This document shows positions 1 through 12,066 of a DNA stretch of 64,000 nt, piece by piece; position 1 is the first letter of the stretch, and the number at the start of each line of letters is the position of its first letter. This DNA is from Octopus sinensis (lineage: Eukaryota): positions 24,986,001 to 25,050,000 of the forward strand of contig NC_042998.1 of the NCBI RefSeq assembly GCF_006345805.1. Reading direction: 5' to 3'. A program made the position numbers and the translations under genes. The notes below the pieces were generated by a model, which did not search any database, was not told the DNA's origin, and saw only the letters and a list, made by a program, of their open reading frames with translations.

Positions 1-169
1 AGAAGTAGGTCTCTTTGAGCGTGGCATAAAATGTTACTTTCCCATTGAATTGCAGCCGTTGAAAACGATGGTGATTACATTCTTGATTAAAATTTTTCAG
101 GTAAACGTAGTTTACGTTCTTTTGATATTGTTTTTGATAAAACGTAATTACTTTCCGAACAGCCTAATA

Positions 170-560
170 TATACTCATTTACTTTTTTCAGTCATTTGAC
201 TGTGGCCATGCTGGAGCACCGCCTTTAGTCGAGCAAGTCGACCCCGGGACTTATTCTTTGTAAGCCCAGTACTTATTCTATCGTCTCTTTTGCCGAACTG
301 CTAAGTGACGGGGACGTAAACACACCAGCATCGGTTGTCAAGCAATGCTAGGAGGACAAACACAGACACACAAACATACACACACATACATATATAAATA
401 TATATACATATATACGACAGGCTTCTTTCAGTTTCCCTCTACCAAATCCACTCACAAGGCTTTGGTCGGCCCGAGGCTATAGCAGAAGACACTTTCCCAA
501 GATGCCACGCTGTGGGACTGAACCTGGAACCATGTGGTTGGTAAGCAAGCTACCTACCAG
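170..560 (-). mobile_element. SINE-A (tRNA-derived head, CORE-like body, (CA/TA)n middle, AAAGAGT-type tail)
   Basis: Reverse complement of the family motif CCACATGGTTCCGGGTTCAGTCCCACTGCGTGGCACCTTGGGCAAGTG ... GGTGCTCCAGCATGGCCGCAGTCAAATGACTG seen >10 times in the window. Confidence 0.85.
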
Positions 561-805
561 ACATTTATATATGTAAATAAATAAATGGAGTTTAACGCAG
601 GTGTAATTCAAATACTTTTACTTCCGACACATATTTCGAAGATACCCCTGATATTATTAATCACGTAAACCCGAAGTTTCTACCTTCAGAAACAAGGAGT
701 TACAACCTCTTTACTTTTGTGATTTTCTTGCTACCCTGGTAATTATTTATCTATTTTTTCCGTGTTAATTGTTAACAAGGGAAAAATACATACATCTATT
801 TATAA

Positions 806-807
<2 letters not shown>

Positions 808-886
<79 letters not shown>

Positions 887-936
887 CATATATATATACA
901 TATTTATATATATTATTTATATATATATTATATATA

Positions 937-979
<43 letters not shown>

Positions 980-1054
980 ATATATATATATATAATATAT
1001 ACATATATATATATACATATATATACATATTTATATATATATTATTATTATATA

Positions 1055-1095
<41 letters not shown>

Positions 1096-1177
1096 TATAT
1101 ATATTATATATAATATATATATTATATATATATATATTATATATATATATATATTATATATATATATATATATATTT
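808..1177. repeat. (TA)n microsatellite
   Basis: Directly visible; explains the YI-repeat pseudo-ORFs. Confidence 0.95.
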
Positions 1178-1369
1178 GAGTAGTTGAATGAATTATTTTA
1201 TTAAGGATAATTCGAAAGATAACCGTTCAACTCCATTCTTTCATATACTTATAATTTTAATATATATATATATATATGGAGAGAGAGAGAGAGAGAGGAA
1301 TGGATGTATACATATATGAATACATATGACAGAAATTAAGGCGATAAGCATCATCTTCTAACAGAAAAT

Positions 1370-2935
1370 CGTGAAAAATGTAAAGAAGAGCAAGCAATAA
1401 ATATGTAAAACCCAACAAAGCACCAAAACGTATGAACTAATCTAAAATTATTATATTTATCTTTTAACACTCAGAATCACTGATAATTACTATAAACAGT
1501 ACTGATAATACTTTAAAATCTATAAATAACGATTCCAGACACAGAGCTTTTAGTTTTAACATAGAAGAAAAGATTTGAAATTCTAGCACGAAAAATAATC
1601 TTATATTAGTATGAAGAACTGTAAGATCTTTTATTTGACTAACCTTGCAACGAATCTCAGAGATCTCACTGAAACAAAACCTGGAAGAATTAGTGAAAAC
1701 AACCGAGATAAAATAATCATCAATACCATTAAAAAAATTGTTAGATTACACTCAGGAACAATAACGTATCAGTAATAAATTGGTTTAAAAACATCCATGT
1801 AAAAGAAAATACATAAAACAAAACCATACCATTATGTTGATATAATAGACTACTATCTTCTGTAATTAAACTGCTACTGTTAAAACATTATTCTGCATCA
1901 CAGCTGACGGCATATATATGATAATGCACAGAGGGAAATCAATTCCTTTCTTCGATAATAACATATAGATAAATATCATAATATTTTAATGTAAGCGTAA
2001 GAGCTATAAACTCTGAATAATTTTCAAATTTAATAGGTTTATATATTGTAAACTTAATCCACAATAAATTCCACTTTATTAACGATGGTATTAGATATGA
2101 TGGCTTATTTATCTCCAAAAACATCAGCAAACAAGCGGATAAATTCAAGAGAAACCTAATCAATCTATTCAAGGAACAGAAGTGAAAAATTACAAAAAGC
2201 TATAATCTTAAAACTTTCATTCATTTTGACTTAGCATTTTACCTTAATAACAACAAATTCTATTCCATATAAGATACAAATTGTAACTGCAAACAGCTAT
2301 TGTATATTTCCTAGAAATCTATTGAACAACTTATGCTGGAGGAAATCGGTCACCTCCTATAAAGAACCCTCTAGAGTTGTACTTTTATGTACTGATTCAC
2401 TAGCATCCAGTTGTATAAGATTGCCTATTATATAACTCAATTATGTTCAATTTAATAATAGAAATGCAATAGGTATGTCACATGCTTTAATCCACCACAT
2501 TTAATCAATGTCAGTATACCAAATAGAAAACTACTTATTCACTTTATGTGAATGCACTTACCTCTCAGTCATAACTATAAAAAACTTATTCAACCAAAAT
2601 TCCCTCAGAACTTTGCTAAATACTCTATCATACTTTAATAATAATGAATGTAGAGGATATTTTCAATTGCCAGATCGCATGTAGGAACTGCACACCAGTA
2701 TATAATTTTTGGAGTGTTGTCTTTAAACATCTGTGATTTATTCAACGAAAATCAAATCTAATTTTAATGTGACCAGCATAGATTACATAGCTTAACTGCC
2801 AATACATTTAAACTTAGCTATTGCCAACGTATTCAGACTTGACAAGTTTGCAAAGATGAGTTGATACCAGCATTATGATTCATATTTCATATTTTAGAAA
2901 TAATGTAACCAATACTAGATTCAGCCAAACTTTTT
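1370..2935 (+). pseudogene. Degenerate Penelope-like element: RT plus C-terminal GIY-YIG endonuclease
   Basis: Manual translation across stops/frameshifts: GRISEN (1683), DIIDYY (1839), IRYDGLFISKNISKQADKFKRNLINLFKEQK*KITKSYNLKTFIHFDLAF (~2090-2240), YIA.TANTFKLSY (2784); same order as PLE RT motifs and the YIG half of GIY-YIG. Confidence 0.65.
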
Positions 2936-3146
2936 CTTACATGTTATAAAATGCAATGTGTGTGACCTGTCGGTCACGCTAGAGGAAAAGAAGAGTAGAA
3001 CTGCAGAGTGGGAGTGAGTGACAGTCAGAGGTGGTAGAGCAAGTGAACAGCATTGAAAAGTTTCGTTCTAAAGATGCTGGTAGGTAAATGAAAATAAAAC
3101 TGCAAATTTTTATCGTAAACTGTATTTAACTTATCAGTTTCATATA

Positions 3147-3713
3147 CAGGGATGGCCATAAGTTGCTTTAGCCATTTCTAATAATAATAAACACAAATAA
3201 TAATATACACATACTGTGTGATTTCGCTGGACCTCAACTTGACAGAGATATGGACATCAGGATGCAGGATGGTGCTCCACCTCATTATGGCAGAAATGTA
3301 CACGGCTTCTTGGATGGTACTTTTGAGATGAGGATTGGCAGAAGAGAACCACTGAATGGCCTCTACGATCACCGGACCTGAGTCCTTGTGATTACTCAAT
3401 GTGGGTTATCCTGAAGGAACGTGTCTTCTCACAAGATGTTTGGATAATACTAGAGTCGAGGGAAAGAATTATTGCAGAATATGTAGCCCTGGGCAATGTT
3501 AAAGACTTGTGTCGACGAATTTTCCACTCCATCCAGATAAGAATCCAGTTGTGTATTGATTCTGAAGGATGACACTTCGAAGATGCAATACAAATGTTAT
3601 CTTGTTTTTGTCTTGAAAGAATAATTGTACGATGACTAAATAAAAGCCATACCATTTGGACATTTGTGTTTATTATTATTAGAACTGGGTAAAGTGACCT
3701 ATGGCCATCCCTG
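3147..3713 (+). mobile_element. Internally deleted Tc1/mariner-superfamily transposon (DD41D/rosa-like)
   Basis: ~54-bp TIRs starting CAGGGATGGCCATA, TA at both flanks (3145-46, 3714-15); QDGAPPHY (3265) ... WPLRSPDLSPCDYSMWVILKERVF with about 40 residues between the two Asp across one frameshift. Confidence 0.85.
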
Positions 3714-3890
3714 TACACACACACACATGTGTCATGAGGACAATATTTTCAACCAAGATATCACAGCCGTATCTGATTCTTCAAGTACATCAATTCTGTG
3801 TATGTAAATGTATTTACTGTTAAAAAGGACAAAACAGTTATGTACATGTATATAACTGTTAAAGAGGACAAAAAACATTATGTGTGTGTG

Positions 3891-4105
3891 CGAGGGTGTG
3901 CTGAAAAGTTCCTGGTTTTGGATAAAAGAAAATGTAGGAGGATCAGTTAATCAGAATTTTATTCAACATATTCCCATCTCAGATTCACACACTTATTGTA
4001 GCAGTCCTTCTGTTTTTTTTAAGCCCCGTAAAAGAACTTGGAAGGTTGGCCTTTCAACCGGGCCCTTCACAATACCCTCAAAGTCAAGAACTTTTCAGCA
4101 CCCCT
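3891..4105. mobile_element. Mariner-type MITE (215 bp), copy 1
   Basis: TIRs CGAGGGTGTGCTGAAAAGTTCCTGG / AAGAACTTTTCAGCACCCCT; homologous to 23728-23942. Confidence 0.75.
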
Positions 4106-4314
4106 TTTTGGGAGTCTGTGTTTTCCAAAATGGAGGTGAACACCTTTTTCTATGTGATTAGCTTGAAAAATTGTTAAGACACTTAGGATATTTTCCTATT
4201 TTCTTAACATGAAACCAATGGTAGCCTTAATTCACAAACAAGGAAATTATATCCACTAATGCAGTGTTGAGCATTCATTTTCATCGTTCGACATTTATGT
4301 GTATTTATATATAT

Positions 4315-4848
4315 ATATTTAGAATAATAAGGCAGTCAGAAGTTTGGCTGATTATATATATTTTTTATTTACATTTTTATTTTTAGCACTTTCTTTCATT
4401 ATCGTATTCATCAAAAAGTCTTTTAAAGTTAGATTCCTTGGCTTTTTTTATATATAAAAAATTTTGTTGGGTTTGCCAAGCAAGGGAGAAGAAAGAAGAA
4501 AGACTTTTTGAGGAGGAGGGGGAGGTAAAGGGGCATAGCTTTTGTATTGGCATGGTCAAACTTGTTTGTTTAGTACTTAGAGGCCTTTTAAGGTGGGGAA
4601 GGAAAAGGAATTTTTGTATTTGAATTGGTCAAGATTTTAATTGAAAAACCATATGTTGTTTTTTAATTTTTTCTTCTTTCTTTTCCCTTGCTTGGCAAAC
4701 CCCACAAAATATTTTTTTATGTATAGAAAGAAAGCAAAGAAATCTTTTGATAAATCTGGTAATGGAAAAAAGCACTAAAAATGTAAATAAAATGTGAATA
4801 AAAGAATACAATCAGCCAAAATTGTGATTACCTTATTATTCTAAATAT
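4315..4848. repeat. Long imperfect inverted repeat (arms ~4315-4501 and ~4670-4848)
   Basis: ATATTTAGAATAATAAGG/CCTTATTATTCTAAATAT and GGGTTTGCCAAGCAAGGGA/TCCCTTGCTTGGCAAACCC are reverse complements. Confidence 0.8.
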
Positions 4849-4871
4849 ACAATATCTGTACATCACTTTAA

Positions 4872-4915
<44 letters not shown>

Positions 4916-4971
4916 GTATATATATATTTTATATGTAGAAAAATACAAACTGGGACAAGAATGTAAAACAT

Positions 4972-5007
<36 letters not shown>

Positions 5008-5173
5008 ATATATATAAATTAGAAAAAAAACACCTTTTATCAATTCATGAACAATTAAATTACACCATCTAGAAAATTACATATAATAGAAATATTAAAT
5101 ATAAAATAAGAATAATATACCAATGATTAACTAATGTGCAAAATGATAAATAAAATGTATATATTTGGTAGAA

Positions 5174-5278
5174 TAACGACACATGTTTCGTGGCTATATT
5201 TAAGAAATGATTATAGTAAAAAAAATTAATAGTAGTAGTAAAATCACTTCGATATAAATACAGCCACTCATCAGGTTA
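5174..5278 (-). ncRNA. Minimal type-I hammerhead ribozyme motif
   Basis: UAAC-CUGAUGA-GUGGCUGUAUUUA...UAAAUAUAGCCAC-GAAAC-AUGU-GUC-GUUA: stem I 4 bp, stem II 13 bp, palindromic ACAUGU at stem III. Confidence 0.75.
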
Positions 5279-5357
5279 AAAATAAACTACAATAATAAAA
5301 TAATTAATTAATAAATATACGTAAATAATCTTTTAAAATATAAATATATTCTTTAAT

Positions 5358-5419
<62 letters not shown>

Positions 5420-5605
5420 TATAAGATACTAAATATACATTAAGTGAAATCTAAATACAATACTTTAATTATACAATATTTTAAAATTAATTAATATATA
5501 CAATGCTAGTACAAGCCATTAATACTGGAATCAAAATAAGAAATGATTCAAATATAGATACACTCATTAAATAAACTAACTATATTATTAATATATATGT
5601 GTAGT

Positions 5606-6562
5606 TCATTATGGTAAAATCTGGCGTGTGATTGAGTGGATTTCATCCAGATAGTTTTGGCTGTGGAGCTACAAGTGGATTTTTTTGTAAGTAAAATTAC
5701 ATTTAATTCATTAATAGCGAAACAATTGTCCCAAAATAATCTGTATTTTTGTTATTTTTTATTTGCCCTGTCCGTGTGAGCTAACAATCGTACTGACTTT
5801 CATGGGAAACATGTATTTTTGTGGTTGAAACCTTTTGGATTAACTGGTGCTAGAGTGAGCCATATAGTGACCACTCTCTTATATTTATTTTGTAAAAATA
5901 TTATAATATATTATAAAATATTATAATAATCCAGGTTTCTCGGAGCACTAGGCCACTTGGTGTAGAATAGATATACTATTAAATTAGTATCTAATTCTCT
6001 CACCCTTATTAATTAATTATAATTATGCTGCATTTATTTCTAAATGCTGTATTTGTTTTCCGTGAAAATTTGGCGCGCTGTTAGTTGGGGCATTTGAATT
6101 ATAACGTCGGATGTAATCAATTGAACCACACGCGTATTTATCATTATGGTAAAATCTGGCGTGTGATTGAGTGGATTTCATCCAGATAGTTTTGGCTGAG
6201 GAGCTACAAGTGGATTTTTTTGTAAGTAAAATTACATTTAATTCATTAATAGCGAAACAATTGTCCCAAAATAATCTGTATTTTTGTTATTTTTTATTTG
6301 CCCTGTCCGTGTGAGCTAACAATCGTACTGACTTTCATGGGAAACATGTATTTTTGTGGTTGAAACCTTTTGGATTAACTGGTGCTAGAGTGAGCCATAT
6401 AGTGACCACTCTCTTATATTTATTTTGTAAAAATATTATAATATATTATAAAATATTATAATAATCCAGGTTTCTCGGAGCACTAGGCCACTTGGTGTAG
6501 AATAGATATACTATTAAATTAGTATCTAATTCTCTCACCCTTATTAATTAATTATAATTATG
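5606..6562 (+). mobile_element. 535-bp-period unit present as 1.8 copies (422-bp direct repeats 5606-6027 and 6141-6562 around a 113-bp spacer), HHR-bearing
   Basis: Repeats differ at one position noticed (5664 T vs 6199 A); TATGTGTAGTT flanks at 5596-5606 and 6559-6569. Confidence 0.8.
6190..6271 (+). ncRNA. Type-I hammerhead ribozyme with intact core (copy at 5655-5736 has CUGUGGA, core-mutated)
   Basis: UUUUGG-CUGAGGA-GCUA...UAGC-GAAAC-AAUU-GUC-CCAAAA; 6-bp stem I, palindromic ACAAUUGU stem III, GUC cleavage triplet. Confidence 0.8.
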
Positions 6563-7074
6563 TGTAGTTTCTATACATTTAATATATCACTCAATAATAT
6601 AGTTGGCCAAAATATTAATATAAAACCTAATTTACTTTGAAATTATTATCATTATTGTTATTATTATTGTTGTTGAAATATTGTTATTTGTTTATAGTTT
6701 CTTGATAGTTGTTAGTTGCAATCGTTATTAGTTATGATATCTATTTATTTTTATAAAGGGATTTAACGTATTACATATAATTTAATTTCTGAGTTTCTGC
6801 AGCCAATAAGTATTTATAATTTTTTAGATTTTAATTATTTCTGTGGGAGGTTTTTGGAATTTAACACCCACGATAATTGAGGGATAATTGTAGTTAAAAT
6901 TTGATAGCCCAGATAATGGGACATTAACAATACTTCAAGTTCAGATTGATTGAGGGTAAAAAGCAAAAGTGAGCAAAACCAAATTATTTTCATTCTCGGA
7001 CACCTTTCACATATTGTTGCATTTGTATACTATTTCAAATTCCAAGTGGGTATACCCTACTGGATATATTAATG

Positions 7075-7722
7075 CATGTTTCTGCTTTTCCAAAAATACT
7101 CAGATTGAGAAGACCCAGCAGGACAAGTGAGACCATAACCCGTGGCCTTTACCAGGGATGTAGCCAGCCCACTTATGCATACTTTTCCTTCTTTGGACAC
7201 TAAACTCTGCTTGCAAAGACTTGTTGGGGCAAGTGAAATCGAAATTGAACCAAATTCGATGACTGGCACCCATGCCAGTGGAGCGCTAAGAGCTCCATCC
7301 GAGCAGGATCACTGCCAGAGCAGCTGTCTGGCATCCGTGCCAGTGGGCACGTAAAAAGCACCATTTGAGTGTGATCTTCACTAGCGTCGCCTTACTGGCA
7401 CTTGAGCCAGTGGCACATGAACAAAACATTCGAGTGTGGTCGATGCCAGTGCTGCCTGACTGACCCCTGTGCAGGTGGCATGTAAAATACACCATTTCAA
7501 GCATGGCCGTTACCAGTACCGCCAGACTGGTCCTTGTGCCGGTGGCATGTACAAGCACCCACTATACTCTTAGAGCATTAGGAAGGGCAGCCAGCTGTAG
7601 AAATTCTACCAGATCAAGATTGGAGCCTGGTGCAGCCATCTGGTTCACCAGTCCTCAGTCAAATCGTTCAACCCATGCTAGCATTGAAAGTGGATGTTAA
7701 ACAATGATGATGATGATGATGA
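7075..7722 (+). mobile_element. RTE LINE 3'UTR-only copy with (GAT)n tail
   Basis: Matches 60680-61270 (CCCGTGGC...CATACTTTTCCTT; GGAAGGGCATCCAGCTGTAGAAA; CCCATGCTAGCATGGAAAG...GATGATG). Confidence 0.8.
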
Positions 7723-7799
7723 ATTCTGGCTGTAGTACTAATATGAAATATGTTTATGCCCCATAAACCTATATTACCTACTGCCACTGATTATTCATG

Positions 7800-8700
7800 T
7801 AAAGACAGCAACAAATGGTTAGTTTTCTCTTGGATTATAATGTTCCTGACTTCATTTTTGCTGGTGTTTATGATCTGTCTCAGGTGTCTCATTATGAACA
7901 CATACTTCTCCACTTCTCACAGATAACATAAATTTTCAATAGCAGTTCAGTTTAGGTAGGTGTAATTGCTTAGGTGAGATAGAGTTTCACATTTTCAACC
8001 ATGATAAAATAGCCAATAACACTCTGCAATAAACTCAGTGTGAATTTAACAAAAGGAACATAGTTAATTGTTTGTGTGTTGAACAAGTGTAGTACAGAAA
8101 AATTCAAGGACTGATATACACTCGAAAATAGATAATTCTGCTATAAAGTGAATTGCAACCATTAAAATGATGCCATAAAACAGGTGTGGAAATAGTTGTT
8201 CCTTATGTGCTGCCAAAAGACTTAAGATATTAACCCTGCCAGTCAATATCTTGAACCAGTGGGGAAGGAGCATTCTCATGTTTGCCTACAATAAAATATA
8301 AATTACAATTATTTAAACATATCTTTGTTCTGGAAATATTTCCACTACAAACTGACTAAATGCCTGAGGCTCTTAGGCAGCAACCAAGAAACTCAACACC
8401 TAAATTCAAGCATGAAGTACAAATTTCCTTTTGCCACTTCCTGTCCTTTGACAATAAGGCAGAGTCACATTTGTTCGTGTAAGTGGACAAATGGATGTAC
8501 AGTGCATATCAGCCCTTCAATGAATTTTTCTATGCAGTCAATCATTACTGCTTCAGCTCTACACATCAACTTCTTCAAGAGACATTTATTGGCATGTATG
8601 TAATTAGATATATTTCTCCACTTAAATTCTTCCTGAAATTACTCCGTAGTGTTACTGGCTATTTTACTGTGGTTGCCAATTCGAAATCTTATCATGATGA
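7800..8700 (-). pseudogene. Highly degenerate hAT (Charlie-like) transposase fragment
   Basis: Manual reading AEAVMID...HPFVHLHEQ...RC*VSWLLPKSLRHLV resembles the DGA.vM.G / HC..H..L / EVRWLS.G motif order. Confidence 0.35.
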
Positions 8701-8837
8701 CTCAACTATAATAACACTAAATGAATTCTTATTAAAAATTTTATTGTGGATGCAAGAAATTGGGTAGCGTACATTTATAATAAGGTACCTGAGGCAAATT
8801 ATAAACACTATAATACTTGAAAAATTCAAATCAAACA

Positions 8838-9238
8838 TAGGCGCAGGAGTGGCTGTGTGGTAAGTAGCTTGCTTACCAGCCACATGGTTCCGGGTTTAGT
8901 CCCACTGCATGGCACCTTGGGCAAGTGTCTTCTACTATAGCCTCATGCCGACCAAAGCCTCATGAGTGGATTTGGTAGACGGAAACTGAAAGAAGCCTGT
9001 CGTATATGTAAATATATGTGTGTGTGTGTATATGTTTGTGTGTTTGTGTTTGTCCCCCCAACATCGCTTGACAACTGATGCTGGTGTGTTTACGTCCCTG
9101 TAACTTAGCGGTTTGGCAAAAGAGACTGATAGAATAAGTACTAGGCTTACAAAGAATAAGTCCTGGAATCGATTTACTCGACTAAAGGCGGTGCTTCAGC
9201 ATGGCCGCAGTCAAATGACTGAAACAAGTAAAAGAGTA
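8838..9238 (+). mobile_element. SINE-A, full length
   Basis: Head GGCGCAGGAGTGGCTGTGTGGTAAG (A-box-like), GGTTTAGTCCC (B-box-like), CACCTTGGGCAAGTG CORE-like body, tail GAAACAAGTAAAAGAG. Confidence 0.9.
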
Positions 9239-9809
9239 TGTAGTGGTGTCTCTGCAAGAACGATCAACCTCAGAAGGTATGGCTAGTTTGTAGAATATAA
9301 TGTTCTTAATATTAGCATTGCAATCAGAATTACCTTTACTGAATGGCTCAATTGCTTATAAGCATATCAGTTGCCAGCAGATGTTGAAGCAACATACTTT
9401 GTCTATTTCCTCTGTGTTCTCCTATTCACTGCATGGATCAGCCACATATGAGTGGATATTTTACAAGCAGATGCAGCAAGATACACACAATAAAATTTTT
9501 GATAATACATGCACACCCAATAGTTGATGAGGGCCTTTGGATTTTATAACTTACTGAGTCAACCAATGGATTAGTTTCATGCAGAACAGAGGATACAACC
9601 TCCATTAATAAAAAGATGCCTTCAGCTTGAATCAACACAGTATTTTCAAAGTCTTAAACTGAGATCCATATGCAGATTATTAATTTCATTGGTAAATAGT
9701 TTAACCAGCATCCAGGTCTGTTTCCAGCACCCAAGTACTTTTGTTAGTAAACCCAAAGAACAGGACCCAACCATAGTTTTGCCTATTTCTTTCAATAAAC
9801 TTACCTTTG

Positions 9810-10040
9810 CAAGCTAGCAGAAACGTTAGTATGCCGGGCGAAATGCGTAGCCGTATTTCATCTGCCGTTACGTTCTGAGTTCATATTCCGCCGAGGTCGA
9901 CTTTGCCTTTCATCCTTTTGGGGTCAATTAAATAAGTACCCGTTATGCACTGAAGTCGGTGTACTCGACTTAATCCGTTTGTCTGTCATTGTTTGTCCCC
10001 TCTGTGTTTAGCCCCTTGTGGTCAGTAAAGAAATAGATAT
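9810..10040 (+). mobile_element. SINE-B (tRNA-like head, Nin/Deu-like domain)
   Basis: GGTCGACTTTGCCTTTCATCCTTTTGGGGTC...AAGTACC domain; tail TGTGTTTAGCCCCTTGTGG...TAAAGAAATAG. Confidence 0.8.
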
Positions 10041-10302
10041 TTCAGATATGTATGCTCACACTGAGGTCCTGAATGTACAAGGTCATGATAGTGAGAACAG
10101 TAGACACTTAATTCATCATGTTTACCATCAACTCTATGAGACTTACACCTGAATCCATAGGCTGCATAGATGACACCTTAGCTGAATTTTTACACCGGTT
10201 AAATGTTCAAATGACACCTTCTTGACCAATAGCTGGGATCACTTTGAATATTCAAGCACTCTTGCATCCAAATGTGCAGCTATTTGTCATCTAGAATTTT
10301 AA

Positions 10303-10758
10303 CCTTTTCGTTACTGTATTTATTTTGAGATGCTCTGTTTCTTTCAATTATTTTAAATATAACAAAGAATTTAGTAAAATAATTGGTTATCATTCAGCTA
10401 GTGTTAGGAACATAAATTGCGACTAAGGTTTGGTGGAAGATTTTAATTCAAAACTTTTGAAAACAAGACATTTGTACTCAGATCCAGAGCCAGTTTCAGC
10501 CAAGTTGGTATCAAAAGGGTTAAATTAATCATTTGTTAACCCTTTCGTTACCATATTTCTTTTGAGATGCTCTGTATTTCTTTCAATTACTTTAAATATA
10601 ACAAAGAATTTAGTAAAATAATTGGTTATCATTCAGCTAGTGTTAGGAACATAAATTGCGACTAAGGTTTGGTGGAAGATTTTAATTCAAAACTTTTGAA
10701 AAGAAGACATTTGTACTCAGATCCAGAGCCGGTTTCAGCCAGGTTAGTAATGAGAGGG
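10303..10758 (+). mobile_element. piggyBac-type MITE dimer (10303-10519 + 10540-10758)
   Basis: Each monomer TTAA|CC(C/T)TTTCGTTAC...AAAGGG|TTAA; 12-bp spacer ATTAATCATTTG. Confidence 0.85.
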
Positions 10759-11482
10759 TTAAGCCCATATTGCAAGAGTCACTCTAGACACTGCAAAGAC
10801 ACTGCAATAGGTCCATTTCCAGTGATTCCAACTAAACAACAATTATCTTCAACTAGTGTTGTTCTTGCTCTTAAATCATTTGTATATCAGAACTACTGTG
10901 GGCTTCTATGGCGAAAAATTAACATTTGGTTACACAAATAATTAAGGCTAATTTTGTATCACGAATCACCATGTGACACCTCCTTTATTTCAACATTACT
11001 ATCTTGAGACTTCTACAACCTGTTGTCTTGGTATAACCCTCCCTGCCCTATATCTTCACACTATATTTTACATAAATATTCCTTATCTTATCCTGTATTT
11101 TTATTTTTTTTAATTCTTCTTTTATTAATTAATAAATTGCTAATTGTTAACCAAATATTTAAGCAACAAAACATAATAGAGTTTTACTCAACTCTCTACT
11201 TATTTAATTAATCTATTTGCTTAATCATTTAATTAACTATTGATTTATTTAGATAATTATTGCATACCCGGTTAGTTAGCTATTAATTTAATCTCTGTAC
11301 ATTTTAATAATTTTTCATCAACTCTTAGGAACTCACCCCTCCATGATTTGTTTCCACAGATAGTAGGTACCCTCACCACAACTATTTGTGTTAATCAAAC
11401 GTCCCCCACAGAATTGTGCTGGATTGTTATTCAGCAACTTTTTCTTATACCATTTTCAATTTATTTATTTAACAGGTCAAAT

Positions 11483-11519
<37 letters not shown>

Positions 11520-12034
11520 CATCACATGTATTGATTTTGTTTGCCACTCACTTACAGTTATCTCTTTTTCATTACAATTTGGTAATTACTTCCATAGTCC
11601 AGTGGTTAGCCAATGAAATGTGTGGGCTCTTTTACCATATGCACAACTGCTGTTGTTATACCACAGCTGCTATTTTACCAAATGTTCACACACACACAGC
11701 TCATCGTCTATTCTACTCTAGACACAAGGCCCAGAATTTTGGGGGAGGGGGCAGTTGATTAGATCGACCCCGGTATGCAACTGGTACTGAATTTTTGACA
11801 ATTATAACAAACTTCTCTGAATTGTCATTAGTATGTCCATATAGCTAGAATCTGGACTGGCTCGTTTGTACTGGCATCAAGTCACATATATTGTATCAAG
11901 GAAGTCAAACCAAACACTGATATTTTAAACTCATTTAATATGTACGTTTTAGGTCTGTACACTATATAACCGGAAATTCATCCATTGTACAAAACTTCCC
12001 CAGATAAAATACTTCAATATATATGCATATATGC

Positions 12035-12066
<32 letters not shown>

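Larger units (their letters stand above)
5100..7050 (-). mobile_element. Possible degenerate PLE 3' half (GIY-YIG-like remnant then HHR-bearing terminal repeat), interrupted by the 535-bp unit
   Basis: Weak Y-I-G-C-.-E-T-like reading near 6800-6820 on the minus strand; HHR at 5174-5278 downstream in the same orientation. Confidence 0.3.

Noticed and set aside
623-690. HHR-like remnant on the minus strand (GAAGGTA/TATCTTC stem, GAAATATGTGTC)
   Set aside because: The CUGANGA core is deleted; too decayed to call
762-1113. ORFs rich in YI/HT/CV dipeptides here and at 13.5, 19.5, 22.3, 33.6-35.0, 54.1-54.7, 61.4 and 63.1 kb
   Set aside because: Translations of TA/CA/TACA microsatellites, not genes
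1185-1240. Two-stem arrangement with GAAA (GTTGAA/TTCAAC, GAATTAT/ATAATTC)
   Set aside because: Lacks CUGANGA and a GUH triplet
2950-3120. Purine-rich stretch with GTGACC/GGTCAC hairpin and GGTAG|GTAAAT as a possible first exon or Helitron end
   Set aside because: No ORF, promoter or partner exon support; CTAG spacing atypical
5835-5880. Minus-strand reading resembling the PLE RT motif GVAMGSPLAPV inside the 535-bp unit
   Set aside because: Needs frameshifts, has no following YVDD, and the unit is better explained as a non-coding HHR repeat
8838-8920. tRNA-like A/B boxes in the many SINE heads
   Set aside because: No complete cloverleaf or acceptor stem; each continues into a repeated SINE body
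11023-11211. WYNPP motif suggesting a PLE linker
   Set aside because: Only five residues match; the surrounding sequence does not follow the motif
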